From Candidatus Pacearchaeota archaeon (GTDB lineage Archaea; Nanobdellota; Nanobdellia; Pacearchaeales; GW2011-AR1), in the NCBI GenBank assembly GCA_017609915.1, contig JAFCDA010000001.1, forward strand, positions 5,033-69,032: DNA of 64,000 bases. The letters run 5' to 3'. A program made the position numbers and the translations under genes. Shown here piece by piece: positions 63,757 to 64,000 of the stretch. Below the pieces are notes generated by a model that worked only from the letters and a program-made list of their open reading frames with translations, was not told the DNA's origin and did no database searches. Position 1 is the first letter of the stretch. Each line of letters opens with the position of its first letter.

Positions 63757-64000
63757 ATGAAATTCACAACATTAATCTTAATAATTCTTTTAATTTCTTT
63801 TGGGGCTGTGTTAATTGTTTATACTTTAGAAGGCAAACCTAAACAAACAGCATGTACAGAAGAAGCTAAATTATGTCCTGATGGTTCTGCTGTTGGTAGA
63901 ACAGGGCCTGATTGTGAATTTGAACCCTGCCCTGTTAGCAAGAGATGTATTAGAAATAGCGATTGTGTTGTTTTTGGACAAGATGGGGATTGTAATTGTG
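63757..64000 (+). CDS. secreted Cys-rich protein, 3' end outside window
   Basis: MKFTTLILIILLISFGAVLIV signal/anchor, then CTEEAKLCPDGSAVGRTGPDCEFEPCP. Frame is open to the window end. Confidence 0.5.
   Translation, partial: MKFTTLILIILLISFGAVLIVYTLEGKPKQTACTEEAKLCPDGSAVGRTGPDCEFEPCPVSKRCIRNSDCVVFGQDGDCNC

Overview
AT-rich (roughly 70% A+T by eye), gene-dense window. It is archaeal: it carries archaeal-type ribosomal protein and RNA polymerase operons (L21e-RpoF-DUF655; S13-S4-S11-RpoD-tRNA-L18e-L13-S9; RpoN), a stand-alone 5S rRNA, secF-secD and 4 tRNAs. The small proteins, K/E-rich ribosomal protein extensions and composition suggest a reduced-genome (DPANN-like) archaeon, but this is inference. 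All family calls come from motif and architecture recognition by eye; no searches were run. Layout: (i) nt 1-30.8 kb is a large surface-glycan / sugar-modification island. It has GT2 x2, GT4, GT6, GT9 x2, a GT-C (PMT/ArnT-like) enzyme, a Wzx-like flippase, extended-SDR epimerase/dehydratases, a DegT aminotransferase, an FkbM methyltransferase, a sulfatase-like enzyme, an alkaline-phosphatase-like enzyme, a PAPS-reductase-fold protein and a PHP esterase. It is unusually rich in radical SAM enzymes (six, three of them B12-binding type). It also contains a truncated TPP-dependent E1-alpha-like gene followed by an E1-beta-like::radical-SAM fusion, which I consider the best candidate for undescribed chemistry. 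(ii) secF-secD plus tRNA-Gly/Arg. (iii) A DUF4956 / CotH-kinase-like / VTC (polyphosphate-polymerase-like) trio. (iv) tRNA-Leu, 5S rRNA, rpoN. (v) A MacB-type ABC transporter operon split by six small ORFs. (vi) Ribosomal protein / RNAP operons, with a 229-bp insertion flanked by 15-bp direct repeats at the S4/S11 junction. (vii) A mixed region: Cas4-like PD-(D/E)XK nuclease, DUF2334-like protein, GT1, lipobox proteins, reverse rubrerythrin, XerA-like recombinase, VIT transporter, YbjQ, zinc-ribbon/RGG protein. Non-coding signals: a modular intergenic cassette built around a palindromic TATA-like box (ATATCTTATAAGATAT) recurs more than 10 times. One ~80-nt version occurs twice at ~88% identity. 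A C-terminal RLxxLGY tail is shared by three neighbouring, otherwise unrelated ORFs. No CRISPR array, transposase or prophage was seen.
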